A stretch of 35,595 nucleotides of DNA from an uncultured Bacilli bacterium. Its GTDB lineage: Bacteria > Bacillota_I > Bacilli_A > RF39 > UBA660. The notes beneath the pieces were generated by a model, which saw only the letters and a list, made by a program, of their open reading frames with translations, ran no database searches and was not told the DNA's origin. Made by a program: the position numbers and the translations under genes. Of this stretch, positions 1-8,818 are shown piece by piece (the first letter of the stretch is position 1; every line of letters starts with the position of its first letter). The stretch is taken from NCBI GenBank assembly GCA_947586655.1, contig CANPXR010000002.1, positions 1 to 35,595 of the forward strand. Direction: 5' to 3'.

Positions 1-899
1 TCTAAAGTAAAATCATTCTTATATTTTTTATAATCAATTATTTGACCAATAATCGTAGATTTCCAACCTTTAAACTTATGAGACCAATCGGATAATTGCT
101 TTGGGGTTTTACCTTTTAATTTTTCTTTAACTCGTCTCATTATACTTATTTCATCTTCATTAAAGAAATTAGTATCATAATCACCATTAGATTCGAACAT
201 AATTTTTTCTTCATCTGTAGTTATCACTTTAAAATATCCATTATTTAATAAATAATTGATTACTTCATTATGATTATCTATTATTGGTCCATAAGGCGCT
301 TTAGCATATTTTAAAGTGGTAAGCGGTTTATTAAATATTTTATTATGCTCAAAATCAAGGGCAAACATATTTTTCATAAGACTAGTGCTATATAAACTAT
401 TATTACTTAACATGTATAAAAAGCAATTAATAGTTTTTACATGCTCATAAAGACCCATTTGTTTTAATAAAACATAATAATCATCCTGAAGACGATTTTT
501 ATTATAAAGCATTATTTTTAACATTTCTTCTTTTGAATCCTTTAACTTTTTATATGTATCCAAATATTCCTTTTGAGGAAATGATTCTTTATTTTCATAT
601 CTTATTATTGTTTTTTTTGACCAACCCAATATTTTAGAAAAGGATTCTTGAGATAAATTATATGAATTTCTTATTTTTTTAAAATCATCAAAAGTTAAAC
701 CATACATCTTTAAATACTCATCATATACGTTTTGTATTTGATCATATTCTGGTACATCAATTTCATTATCACAGCGTGAACATTTAAAAACATTCTCATC
801 AATTAAAACATATTCACCGTTAATTTTATATTTGTTTTTACATCTTACTTTTTTAGGAATAACCATTTTATCACAATTATAACAATAAGTTTTTTCCAT
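1..899 (-). CDS. Antitoxin-like protein, partial (C-terminus off window): MqsA/YgiT-type zinc ribbon + HTH fused to a DUF4065/SocA 'Panacea'-type domain
   Basis: Not in the supplied ORF track because it is open at the window edge. My translation from the ATG at 899 reads MEKTYCYNCDKMVIPKK...FKCSRCDNEIDVPEYDQ (CxxC...CxxC), then ...LSQESFSKILGWSKKTIIRYENKESFP (HTH), then ...NMFALDFEHNKIFNKPLTTLKYAKAPYGPIIDNH... (DUF4065-like). A GGAGA Shine-Dalgarno lies ~10 nt upstream. The start is 4 nt after the stop of the upstream toxin-like ORF. Confidence 0.65.
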   Translation of the reverse strand, partial: MEKTYCYNCDKMVIPKKVRCKNKYKINGEYVLIDENVFKCSRCDNEIDVPEYDQIQNVYDEYLKMYGLTFDDFKKIRNSYNLSQESFSKILGWSKKTIIRYENKESFPQKEYLDTYKKLKDSKEEMLKIMLYNKNRLQDDYYVLLKQMGLYEHVKTINCFLYMLSNNSLYSTSLMKNMFALDFEHNKIFNKPLTTLKYAKAPYGPIIDNHNEVINYLLNNGYFKVITTDEEKIMFESNGDYDTNFFNEDEISIMRRVKEKLKGKTPKQLSDWSHKFKGWKSTIIGQIIDYKKYKNDFTL

Positions 900-903
900 A
901 ATA

Positions 904-1284
904 TTATTTTCTCCTTTCCTTACTATCCTCATGAAAAGATAAACACACAACTAATCCTTGATTAGTTTCCCTATATGTTAATTTTATATATACATTCTTT
1001 TTATTAATCTCTTTTTTGAATTCAAAAATTTCTGAATTCGTATCTCTTCTTGTATCTCTATCGAATGATACGTCAAAACAATCTTCTTCTTTTAGTTCTA
1101 ATATGTATTTCCATATATCTTCTTTATTAATAATTCCTATATCAATAATAGCTTGTTTATAATTAACCTTTTTTCTATTTATATCATAAGTTCTAGGCTC
1201 TATATATCTTTTTTTTCTTCTTATTAAATCCTTGCTAATTTTTAAAAAACTTTTTACCGCAATTTCATCTTGGGTTGATAGCAC
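904..1284 (-). CDS. MqsR-like (RelE-superfamily) toxin candidate
   Basis: The C-terminal ...KNVYIKLTYRETNQGLVVCLSFHED resembles the MqsR ...VYLKITV..LIVSFKEK end, and AIIDIGI..EDIWKYILELKEEDCFDVS matches the MqsR central region. Toxin-first gene order matches mqsRA. I trimmed the start to the in-frame GTG at 1284, which has GAAAGGAG 7 nt upstream. The track's TTG start at 1365 sits inside a terminator palindrome. Confidence 0.5.
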   Translation of the reverse strand: MLSTQDEIAVKSFLKISKDLIRRKKRYIEPRTYDINRKKVNYKQAIIDIGIINKEDIWKYILELKEEDCFDVSFDRDTRRDTNSEIFEFKKEINKKNVYIKLTYRETNQGLVVCLSFHEDSKERRK

Positions 1285-1329
1285 ATAAAAACTCCTTTCA
1301 TAAAAATTTTTACTGCTATTATAACTATA

Positions 1330-1369
1330 ACAAAAAATATTGTTGGTGTCAATTGTCACCGACAATATT
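1330..1369 (-). terminator. 34-bp near-perfect palindrome + T-run: terminator of the glycan operon and/or operator of the TA module
   Basis: AATATTGTTGGTGTCAATTGTCACCGACAATATT (1336-1369) pairs at 15 of 17 positions. On the minus strand it is followed by TTTTTTG. It lies between the rmlB stop (1425) and the toxin start (1284). Confidence 0.6.
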
Positions 1370-1424
1370 TTTGGCTTATTTATTCTATAAAAATCTACAC
1401 TTATTAGGTGCAGATTTTTTTACT

Positions 1425-2450
1425 TTATCCCTTATAACTATTTTTGTATTCACCAGATTTTATATCATCAATCCAATCTTGATTATTAATATACCAGTCT
1501 ATTGTTTCTTTCATTCCAGAATCAAAATCGTAAGTTCTATCCCATCCTAATTCTTCTTCAACTTTAGTTGAATCAATAGCATATCTTCTATCGTGACCAG
1601 GCCTATCACTTACGAATGTTATCAAACTTTCTGGCTTGCCTAACTGCTTTAAAATAGTTTTTACAACCTCAAGATTGGTTCTTTCAGAATGTCCGCCTAA
1701 ATTATAAATTTCTCCTTCACGACCATTTCTAACAATTAAATCAACACCAACATTATGATCGTGAACATGAATCCAATCACGGACATTATCACCTTTACCA
1801 TATACAGGAATTGGTTCATCATTTAAAGCTTTGCTAATAACTACTGGTATTAATTTCTCAGGGAATTGATATGCACCATAATTGTTAGAACACCTTGATA
1901 TGGTTATAGGTAGTTTAAATGTTCTCGCATAAGCTAAAACTTGCAAATCGGCACCCGCTTTTGATGCTGAATAAGGGCTTGAAGTATGAATCGGGTTTTC
2001 CTCGGTAAATAATAAATCTGGTCTATCGAGTGGTAAATCACCATATACTTCATCCGTAGATACCTGATGATATCTTTTTACTGGGTGGTTGCCTTCATTT
2101 TTCATCATTTTTACCGCGTTTAGTAATGTCATTGTTCCAAGAATATTTGTATCTGCAAATAAATTAGGATTTTTTATTGAATTATCAACGTGTGATTCTG
2201 CTGCAAAATTTATAACATAGTCAAATTCTTCTTCTTTAAACAAGTCAAATACAAGTTCTTTATCTCTTATATCACCCTTAATAAATTTATAATTGGTTTT
2301 ACCTTCTAACGATTTAATATTATTATAGTTACCTGCATAAGTTAATGCATCCAAGCAAACAAAGTTATCTTCTGGATATTTATTTACTACATAATGTAAG
2401 TAATTACTTCCTATAAAACCAGCTCCGCCAGTTATTAAAAACTTACTCAT
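1425..2450 (-). CDS. rfbB: dTDP-glucose 4,6-dehydratase
   Basis: N-terminal [11 protein letters not shown] Rossmann motif, [10 protein letters not shown] catalytic YxxxK, and full-length RmlB-like sequence of 341 aa. Overlaps rmlA by 8 nt. Confidence 0.95.
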   Translation of the reverse strand: MSKFLITGGAGFIGSNYLHYVVNKYPEDNFVCLDALTYAGNYNNIKSLEGKTNYKFIKGDIRDKELVFDLFKEEEFDYVINFAAESHVDNSIKNPNLFADTNILGTMTLLNAVKMMKNEGNHPVKRYHQVSTDEVYGDLPLDRPDLLFTEENPIHTSSPYSASKAGADLQVLAYARTFKLPITISRCSNNYGAYQFPEKLIPVVISKALNDEPIPVYGKGDNVRDWIHVHDHNVGVDLIVRNGREGEIYNLGGHSERTNLEVVKTILKQLGKPESLITFVSDRPGHDRRYAIDSTKVEEELGWDRTYDFDSGMKETIDWYINNQDWIDDIKSGEYKNSYKG

Positions 2451-3324
2451 TATTTTCCTCCTTATCTAACAAAGATAATATGTATCTACCATATTCTGTT
2501 TGTTTTAAATTTTCACCCAAATTCTTTAGCTGTTCATCATTTATAAAACCTTGTCTCCAAGCAATTTCTTCAAGACAAGCTATATATAATCCTTGACGTG
2601 ATTGAACGGTTTCTACAAACATACCAGCCTTCATCATATTTGAGGGATTACCAGTGTCTAACCATGCCATTCCCCTTCTCATAAGTTTTACCTTTAATTT
2701 TCCACGATTTAAATATTCATTATTTATCGAGGTTATTTCTATTTCTCCCCTTGCGGATGGTTTAACACTCTTAGCTATTTCAACAACTTTATTGTCATAA
2801 AAATACAAACCTGGAACAGCATAATTTGATTTAGGGTTTTTGGGTTTCTCTTCAATTGATAAAACCTTACCATCACTATCAAATTCAACAACTCCAAATT
2901 CTCTTGGATTGCTAACAGGATATCCAAATATAGTAGCACCATTCTTATTATTTTTAGCTTGTTCTAATAAATCAGTTAATCCTTGTCCATAGAATATATT
3001 ATCTCCTAAAATAAGACATACATTTTCATTCCCAATAAATTCCTCTCCAAGAATAAATGCGTCTGCTAATCCCCTTGGCTTATCTTGAACTTTATATTCA
3101 AAATTAACGCCTATATTCTTACCATCACCTAATAATTTTTTGTATAAAGGTAAATCGTGTGGAGTAGATATTATTAATATATCTTTAATACCAGCTAACA
3201 TCAAAATTGATATTGGATAATAAATCATTGGTTTATCATATATAGGTAACAATTGCTTTGATACTGATATAGTTAGTGGATAAAGTCTAGTACCTTTTCC
3301 ACCTGCTAAAATAATTCCCTTCAT
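2443..3324 (-). CDS. rfbA: Glucose-1-phosphate thymidylyltransferase
   Basis: [18 protein letters not shown]...[16 protein letters not shown] is the canonical RmlA N-terminus; 293 aa. Confidence 0.95.
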   Translation of the reverse strand: MKGIILAGGKGTRLYPLTISVSKQLLPIYDKPMIYYPISILMLAGIKDILIISTPHDLPLYKKLLGDGKNIGVNFEYKVQDKPRGLADAFILGEEFIGNENVCLILGDNIFYGQGLTDLLEQAKNNKNGATIFGYPVSNPREFGVVEFDSDGKVLSIEEKPKNPKSNYAVPGLYFYDNKVVEIAKSVKPSARGEIEITSINNEYLNRGKLKVKLMRRGMAWLDTGNPSNMMKAGMFVETVQSRQGLYIACLEEIAWRQGFINDEQLKNLGENLKQTEYGRYILSLLDKEENNE

Positions 3325-3332
3325 AATACCTC

Positions 3333-4418
3333 CTAATACTTATTTATTATATCTATAACATAAGATACTTCATCATTCGTAATCCCATAATACATTGGTA
3401 AACTAATAACTTCATTAGCGTATTTTTCAGCTATAGGAAAACTTAAATTATTATACTCTGAATATGCTTTTTGCTTATGAATTGCTGTTGGATAATGAAT
3501 TAAAGTTTTTATTCCATTTTCACTTAAGTATTCTTGAAATTTTTTTCTATCTTCTACCCGAACAACAAATGAATGCCACACATGATAATTAGTTTTGGAA
3601 ACTATAGGAAGAATTATTTTTTTATTTTTAATTTCATTTAAATATCTATTTGCTACTCTATTTCTATATTCATTCCATTTATCTAACCTTTTTAATTTAA
3701 CGTTAAGTATAGCTGCTTGAATTTCATCTAATCTTGAATTAACTCCTTTTAATTCATGACAATATTTTTTAATGGAACCATAGTTACGTAGTTTTTTCAC
3801 TTCTTCTGCTATATTTTGATTATTTGTAACAACACAACCTCCATCTCCCATTGCTCCTAGATTTTTTCCGGGATAAAAACTAAACTCAGCTGCATCCGCC
3901 AAAGACCCTGCTTTTTTACCCTTATATGTTGCACCATGAGCTTGTGCTGCATCTTCTAAAACATATAAATTATGTTTTTTTGCAATTTTATTTATTTCAT
4001 CCATATCAGCGCATTGTCCATATAAATGAACTGCTATTATCACTTTTGTTTTATTTGTTAATTTCTCTTCAATTTTTGTTGGATCTATTGTATAGTCCTC
4101 TTTTACCTCTACAAAAACTGGTCTAGCCCCTATGTTAGAAACAGCTAATGCTGTTGCAATAAACGTATGTGACGGAATTATAACATCATCACCCGTTTGA
4201 ACTCCCATAGCTCTTAAGGCCAATGTTAAACCATCTAAGCCATTACCACAACCAACACAAAATTTAGTTTGACAATAATCAGCGAATTTCTTTTCAAAAT
4301 TTTCTAATTCTTTTCCATCTATAAACCAATTACTTTCTAATACTTTTGTTACTGCTACTTTTATATCTTCTTCAAGCTCATCATGCATATAATTAAATTT
4401 AGAAAAATCAACTTTCAT
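3333..4418 (-). CDS. DegT/DnrJ/EryC1-family PLP sugar aminotransferase (FdtB/QdtB-like, dTDP-3-keto-6-deoxyhexose 3-aminotransferase)
   Basis: DegT-family sequence of 361 aa (..EDAAQAHGA.., ..[10 protein letters not shown].. with the PLP lysine). Translationally coupled (ATGA overlap) to the FdtA-like isomerase upstream. Confidence 0.85.
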   Translation of the reverse strand: MKVDFSKFNYMHDELEEDIKVAVTKVLESNWFIDGKELENFEKKFADYCQTKFCVGCGNGLDGLTLALRAMGVQTGDDVIIPSHTFIATALAVSNIGARPVFVEVKEDYTIDPTKIEEKLTNKTKVIIAVHLYGQCADMDEINKIAKKHNLYVLEDAAQAHGATYKGKKAGSLADAAEFSFYPGKNLGAMGDGGCVVTNNQNIAEEVKKLRNYGSIKKYCHELKGVNSRLDEIQAAILNVKLKRLDKWNEYRNRVANRYLNEIKNKKIILPIVSKTNYHVWHSFVVRVEDRKKFQEYLSENGIKTLIHYPTAIHKQKAYSEYNNLSFPIAEKYANEVISLPMYYGITNDEVSYVIDIINKY

Positions 4419-4834
4419 TTTCTCCTCCTAAAGTAAGTTTTAGCTTTATGTTCATATATATTATAATCCCTGATATAGTCTGATTCATCATACTCATGGC
4501 TTGCTAATACAAGTAGTACAGAATTCTCAGAAAAATCAAACATTTCTCTCCATACCATTGGGCCAATATAAAGTCCTTTAGAAGGATCATTTAATTCTAC
4601 TATTTCTTCTTCATATGGAGTCTTAACCAAAATTTTAACAGTACCATTAACAGCTATTAAAACTTGTTCTAAATCATTATGCGAATGAAATCCTCTTCTA
4701 ATTCCTTCTCCTACATCATATATGTAATATATTCTTTTAAGTGGAAATTCTAATTGCTTAGGATATTCAACTGGAATCATTTTTCCTCTATTATCCGTTA
4801 TTACGTTAAACTTTACTTCCCTTACGTTTCTCAT
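4415..4834 (-). CDS. dTDP-4-keto-6-deoxyglucose 3,4-ketoisomerase (FdtA/QdtA, WxcM-like cupin)
   Basis: 139 aa. [32 protein letters not shown]...[38 protein letters not shown] is close to FdtA (RVYYIFD..PRGFHAHKKLEQVLVCLNGS..GLYVGPAVWHEMHDFS..VLAS..YDETDYIR). Fuc3N versus Qui3N stereochemistry cannot be told by eye. Confidence 0.85.
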   Translation of the reverse strand: MRNVREVKFNVITDNRGKMIPVEYPKQLEFPLKRIYYIYDVGEGIRRGFHSHNDLEQVLIAVNGTVKILVKTPYEEEIVELNDPSKGLYIGPMVWREMFDFSENSVLLVLASHEYDESDYIRDYNIYEHKAKTYFRRRK

Positions 4835-4836
4835 TA

Positions 4837-5352
4837 TTATTTTAATACTCCTTTATCAAATTCTTTTTTTAATATCCTATACCATTTTAAGTCTTCTAAA
4901 ATACCTTTAATATTAATTGCTTCTTTAAACTCTCCCTCATAAATGAATCCGAATTTTTGATAAAATTTATTTGCCCTTACATTTTTAGATAATACATTTA
5001 AATAAACTCTGTTTAAATTTAATTTATTAAAAGCAAAATCAAGAAGCTCATAAGTTGCCTCATAGGCTATATTTTTACCAATGCAACTATTTCTTAAGCA
5101 AATTGCATATTCTGCATTACTATCATCATAATTAATATTTTTTAAACTTATAGAACCCAAATATTCATCAGTTTCTTCATCAACAATCGCAAAATTTATA
5201 TTATTTTTTGTATAAGACTCATCTATAAAATTTTTTTGTGATTTTTCATCAGTTTTAGAAAAATCATATTTTAAATATTTTGTTATATTCTCATCATGCA
5301 TCCATTCCAACATATATGGAATATCTTTGTATGCTAATTTTCTAAGTTTCAT
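4837..5352 (-). CDS. GNAT (RimL/RimJ-like) N-acetyltransferase, probable sugar N-acetyltransferase
   Basis: 171 aa with a GNAT core (..IGKNIAYEATYELLDFAF..L.RVYLNV...N.RANKFYQKFGF..EG). It lies directly upstream of the fdtA-like and aminotransferase genes in the same operon. Confidence 0.7.
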   Translation of the reverse strand: MKLRKLAYKDIPYMLEWMHDENITKYLKYDFSKTDEKSQKNFIDESYTKNNINFAIVDEETDEYLGSISLKNINYDDSNAEYAICLRNSCIGKNIAYEATYELLDFAFNKLNLNRVYLNVLSKNVRANKFYQKFGFIYEGEFKEAINIKGILEDLKWYRILKKEFDKGVLK

Positions 5353-5353
5353 A

Positions 5354-6520
5354 TTATCTCCTAATGTTAATTATAACAATACCAATTAATATAATAATTG
5401 CCCCTATTATTCCATTAATAGTTAATTTTTCACCTAAAACCATTGCTGATAGTATAAAAATACTAATATAACTAATGGCAGAGGTTAATGGCATTATATA
5501 ACTAATATTAAACTTTGGTATAATAGTCATATAAAGTATAAAGCTAGCTAAATAACATAGCAAACCTAATATAGATATAAAACTAATTTTCAAATTAAAA
5601 ACACTATTAGTAAACGATATTGCAAAATTTTTATTTGCACCATATTTATATAATATCAATCCAGAAACAGTTAAAACTAAATATAAAATTACAGTTATTA
5701 TTTTAAACATATCTACTTTCTTACCTTTCTTTAACGTATTACTTTTCTCTGATTTTGAATATATTTTAACTAATTTTTTAGCTATCCAATCAGGCCAAAA
5801 CTTTTTAAACATAATGTAATCTTCTTTTTTCATAATATTATTAGCAATCACAGAAGTAGTTGTAGAATTTTCATGAATTCTATGTTCTAATAATGGTTTT
5901 TTAACATAAACAAAGCTCCCCTTTTGCTTTGCAAGTTCAATCCATGTATCCCAATCTATATTTGATTTTAAATCACTATGCTTTATCGGTTCTTTTACTA
6001 ATTCTTTATTATAAGTAACGCTAGGAGCACATATTGCATTTCCTAATGAAAGAGTAAATAATCTAACCTTTTTAAATTTACCCAAAAATATAAGTGGAAA
6101 ATTAATTAATCTTTTGATTAATAACAACGCATTTACCTTTTTAGTTTTTCCATCTCTTTTTTCATTATAGTTAGAAAATCCTATAATTACATCTTTTCTT
6201 CGCCTCATTTTAGTTAAAATTTTTTCTGCAAAATCTTTATAATATATATCATCTTGGTGACATAGCGTAACATACTTAGTATGTGCTTGCTCATAGGCAA
6301 AACAAAAATCATTTATGTGTCCTGTTGTTTTTTTATTTATAACCAATTTAACATCATTATTCTTTGCTATTTTTTTTATCATATTATTTGGAGTGGAAGT
6401 AGAAATAATAATTTCAGATTTTTTTGTCTGATTTTTTAATGACTTAACGCATTCATCTAGAAAAGGTTGCTGCTTATAAGCACATATCACAAAAGTATGA
6501 TCGATGTTATTTTTTTCCAT
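5354..6520 (-). CDS. Fusion protein: GT2-like glycosyltransferase domain + C-terminal 4-TM EamA/ArnE-like (small DMT/SMR) domain
   Basis: The N-terminal ~250 aa are GT-A-like (HTFVICAYKQQPFLDECVKSLKNQT...LCHQDDIY). The C-terminal ~120 aa form four hydrophobic helices ending ...LGEKLTINGIIGAIIILIGIVIINIRR, typical of ArnE/ArnF/EamA half-transporters. Confidence 0.55.
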   Translation of the reverse strand: MEKNNIDHTFVICAYKQQPFLDECVKSLKNQTKKSEIIISTSTPNNMIKKIAKNNDVKLVINKKTTGHINDFCFAYEQAHTKYVTLCHQDDIYYKDFAEKILTKMRRRKDVIIGFSNYNEKRDGKTKKVNALLLIKRLINFPLIFLGKFKKVRLFTLSLGNAICAPSVTYNKELVKEPIKHSDLKSNIDWDTWIELAKQKGSFVYVKKPLLEHRIHENSTTTSVIANNIMKKEDYIMFKKFWPDWIAKKLVKIYSKSEKSNTLKKGKKVDMFKIITVILYLVLTVSGLILYKYGANKNFAISFTNSVFNLKISFISILGLLCYLASFILYMTIIPKFNISYIMPLTSAISYISIFILSAMVLGEKLTINGIIGAIIILIGIVIINIRR

Positions 6521-6845
6521 TTTTCACCTTTGATTTTAATAACGTAACTTGCTGTGCCAACTCAATTATTTTTTCTTGTTGCTCAGCTATCTTTTTACTA
6601 TTTCTAAAATTAATAAATACTAAAAATATGATGCAAAATACAAAAAGTAAAGAAGGTGGGTATGCTATTCCAAAAACTTTAGCAAGCCAATTTATTGAGT
6701 ATGGAAAGATTGATAGAAAAAGCATTAAAATAAAAGCCATCATCCACCAAAAGCTTTCTTTTATAGAAAACTTTTTCTTTCTAACTTCTAAACTAACATA
6801 GATTATACATAACACCGATATAATTATAAAATATATATTATTCAT
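6507..6845 (-). CDS. Small 3-4 TM membrane protein with C-terminal coiled coil (DUF2304/GacJ-like partner of the upstream GT2)
   Basis: 112 aa: hydrophobic helices followed by KKIAEQQEKIIELAQQVTLLKSKV. Sits immediately downstream of the GtrB/GacI-like GT2 and overlaps the next gene by 14 nt. Confidence 0.5.
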   Translation of the reverse strand: MNNIYFIIISVLCIIYVSLEVRKKKFSIKESFWWMMAFILMLFLSIFPYSINWLAKVFGIAYPPSLLFVFCIIFLVFINFRNSKKIAEQQEKIIELAQQVTLLKSKVKNGKK

Positions 6846-6848
6846 TAT

Positions 6849-7574
6849 TTATTCACCTTCTTTTTTTTTATACGTAATTAACACGAAGAAAATCGTATAA
6901 AACATATTAACCATATATTTAATAGGTTTAATGATTCCGCCATGCATACTTTCTCCAGTTTCCCTAAGTCTCATTTTTACTGGAACTTCTTCTATGCTAT
7001 ATCCACTAAGAAGCATCTCTATAACAAGATTGGCATCCGGAAATTCTGGGTAAGCTCCCATTTTTGAATATCTTTCTATTACCCTTTTATTAAGGCACTG
7101 AAATCCTGACAACGGATCTGCAATTTTCTTTTTACAAAATAGTTTTACCAAAAAGGAAAACATTTTTGTTCCAATCTTTCTAAAGAAAGGGCATGGATAA
7201 CCCAAATCTTTTAAATACCTAGAGCCTATTACAATGTCACAATTATTTTTCTTAGCATGTTGGTATAATTTCTCAGCTTCTTTTGCTATGTGCTGCCCGT
7301 CTGCATCAAACTGTATTACATAATCGTAGCCATTATCAGCAGCATATTTAATTCCAGTTTGCACTGCCATAGCATATTTCATATTAAATATGTTACTAAT
7401 ACATTTAACGTTATTTGCTTCAACGATTTCCTTTGTATTATCTTTAGAACAGTCATTTATAACTAAAATATCGGCATAATCAACGTCTTTTTTTATTTCT
7501 TTTAAAACCTTTTCTATATTTTCAGCTTCATTATAAGCTGGAATTACAAATAATATTTTGTCTTTTTTTGTCAT
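6849..7574 (-). CDS. GT2 polyprenyl-phosphate glycosyltransferase (GtrB/CsbB/GacI-like)
   Basis: KILFVIPAYNEAENIEKVL...ILVINDCSKDNT...VIQFDADGQH...IVIGSRY plus a C-terminal TM helix. I trimmed the start to MTKKDK (ATG at 7574), because the track's N-terminal 19 aa overlap a terminator hairpin. Confidence 0.75.
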   Translation of the reverse strand: MTKKDKILFVIPAYNEAENIEKVLKEIKKDVDYADILVINDCSKDNTKEIVEANNVKCISNIFNMKYAMAVQTGIKYAADNGYDYVIQFDADGQHIAKEAEKLYQHAKKNNCDIVIGSRYLKDLGYPCPFFRKIGTKMFSFLVKLFCKKKIADPLSGFQCLNKRVIERYSKMGAYPEFPDANLVIEMLLSGYSIEEVPVKMRLRETGESMHGGIIKPIKYMVNMFYTIFFVLITYKKKEGE

Positions 7575-7596
7575 ACTATCACCAATAAAATTATAC

Positions 7597-7626
7597 AATA
7601 AAAAAAGCCTCTTTACAAGAAGCTTT
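7597..7626 (-). terminator. Intra-locus rho-independent terminator followed by an extended -10-like TTGTATAAT
   Basis: Minus strand reads AAAGCTTCTTGTAAAGAGGCTTT + TTTTTTT, then ATTGTATAATT. It shares an identical 18-mer with the site at 10424-10441. Confidence 0.55.
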
Positions 7627-7695
7627 AACAATCACTCGTATTAGCTTTAAATATAACAAATTAAGTTATTCTATCTTTTATAGATAAAGATACTT

Positions 7696-8817
7696 TTATT
7701 TATTTTCAATCAATTTAATCCATTGTTCCTTTATTTTTTTAATATCATAATTTTTTACGTGCTCTTTTGATTTTTTTTGTAATTCTAGAAGTCTTTGTTT
7801 GTCATTTAAAAGTTCTAATATCTTATTTGCCATTTTATTTATGTTTCTATCCTTTATTAAAACGCCACCAGAATCTTTAAGTACTTCACAAGCTCCCTTT
7901 GCACTATCAAATGCAACACACACAACGCCATAATTCATAGCCTCTAATAAAACTATTCCAAAAGCTTCACTATAAGATGTCATAACGTATAATGAACTAT
8001 CTAAATAATATTTTTTTAGTTCTTCTTGCGTCTTATATCCTAACATAACTACGCTATCGTTTAATTTTAATTCATTAATTAAATTAATAATTTCCTGTTT
8101 TTGATAACCATCTCCTGCTAGGTATAATTTTATCTTGCTATTTCTTTTTACTAATAGATCAATAACTCTAATCAAGTCTAAAAATCCCTTTTCCTTAGAT
8201 AATCTTCCAACTGAAATTAAATTTAATGAATCAAGTTTACTAACTTTGTTTGATATTTCATCCATAACATTAGGAATATAAATGCATCTATCAAATAATT
8301 CATCATAATGTTTTTTTTGTTGTTTTGATACTAATACCAAATAGTTAAAATTACTTACTGACTTACATATTTTTTTATCATATCCTAATTCTATGTCATA
8401 GGAGTTATGCTCAGTTGCAATTTTTAGCACGTCATCACGTTTTAAATACTTATTTACTATTTTATTATGGCTTAATCTTGTGGTAATTATGACGTCATAC
8501 TTTTCTTGCTTAATTTTCTTTTTAATTAACTTTGTTTCGATTAATTTCATTTTAGCCCTGCTAATAATTTCATTAGCAATCTTAAATATTTTCCCATTTA
8601 CTAATAAATCTTTAATGGACTCAAGCCTAAACTTATGGTCAAATATATATTCTATTTTAGCATCATAATAATTAAATGCCGGCTTATCTAACTCCTTATA
8701 ATTACATATTATTTTTACTTCATAATTTTCTTTAAACATCTTACATAGCGAAGAAATATATTTTTCTATTCCACCATATCCTAACGTTAATGAAAGTATT
8801 AATATTTTCTTTTTCAT
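7696..8817 (-). CDS. GT4 (GT-B, retaining) glycosyltransferase
   Basis: 373 aa with C-terminal ...TSYSEAFGIVLLEAMNYGVVCVAFD..., the E-x7-E region typical of GT4. Confidence 0.85.
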   Translation of the reverse strand: MKKKILILSLTLGYGGIEKYISSLCKMFKENYEVKIICNYKELDKPAFNYYDAKIEYIFDHKFRLESIKDLLVNGKIFKIANEIISRAKMKLIETKLIKKKIKQEKYDVIITTRLSHNKIVNKYLKRDDVLKIATEHNSYDIELGYDKKICKSVSNFNYLVLVSKQQKKHYDELFDRCIYIPNVMDEISNKVSKLDSLNLISVGRLSKEKGFLDLIRVIDLLVKRNSKIKLYLAGDGYQKQEIINLINELKLNDSVVMLGYKTQEELKKYYLDSSLYVMTSYSEAFGIVLLEAMNYGVVCVAFDSAKGACEVLKDSGGVLIKDRNINKMANKILELLNDKQRLLELQKKSKEHVKNYDIKKIKEQWIKLIENK

Positions 8818-8818
8818 A

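Noticed and set aside
1425-3324. Calling the locus an L-rhamnose polysaccharide (rhamnan) cluster because rmlA and rmlB are present.
   Set aside because: rmlC and rmlD are absent from the window. The genes coupled to rmlA/rmlB are a 3,4-ketoisomerase and an aminotransferase, which divert dTDP-4-keto-6-deoxyglucose to a 3-amino sugar.
6849-7631. N-terminal extensions given by the track for 6849-7631, 33153-33467, 904-1365, 17487-18632 and 14895-16232.
   Set aside because: The upstream 'starts' are alternative codons that overlap terminator stems or T-runs, or they lack an SD. Internal ATG/GTG codons with good SD sequences fit better (7574, 33434, 1284, 18614, 16226).
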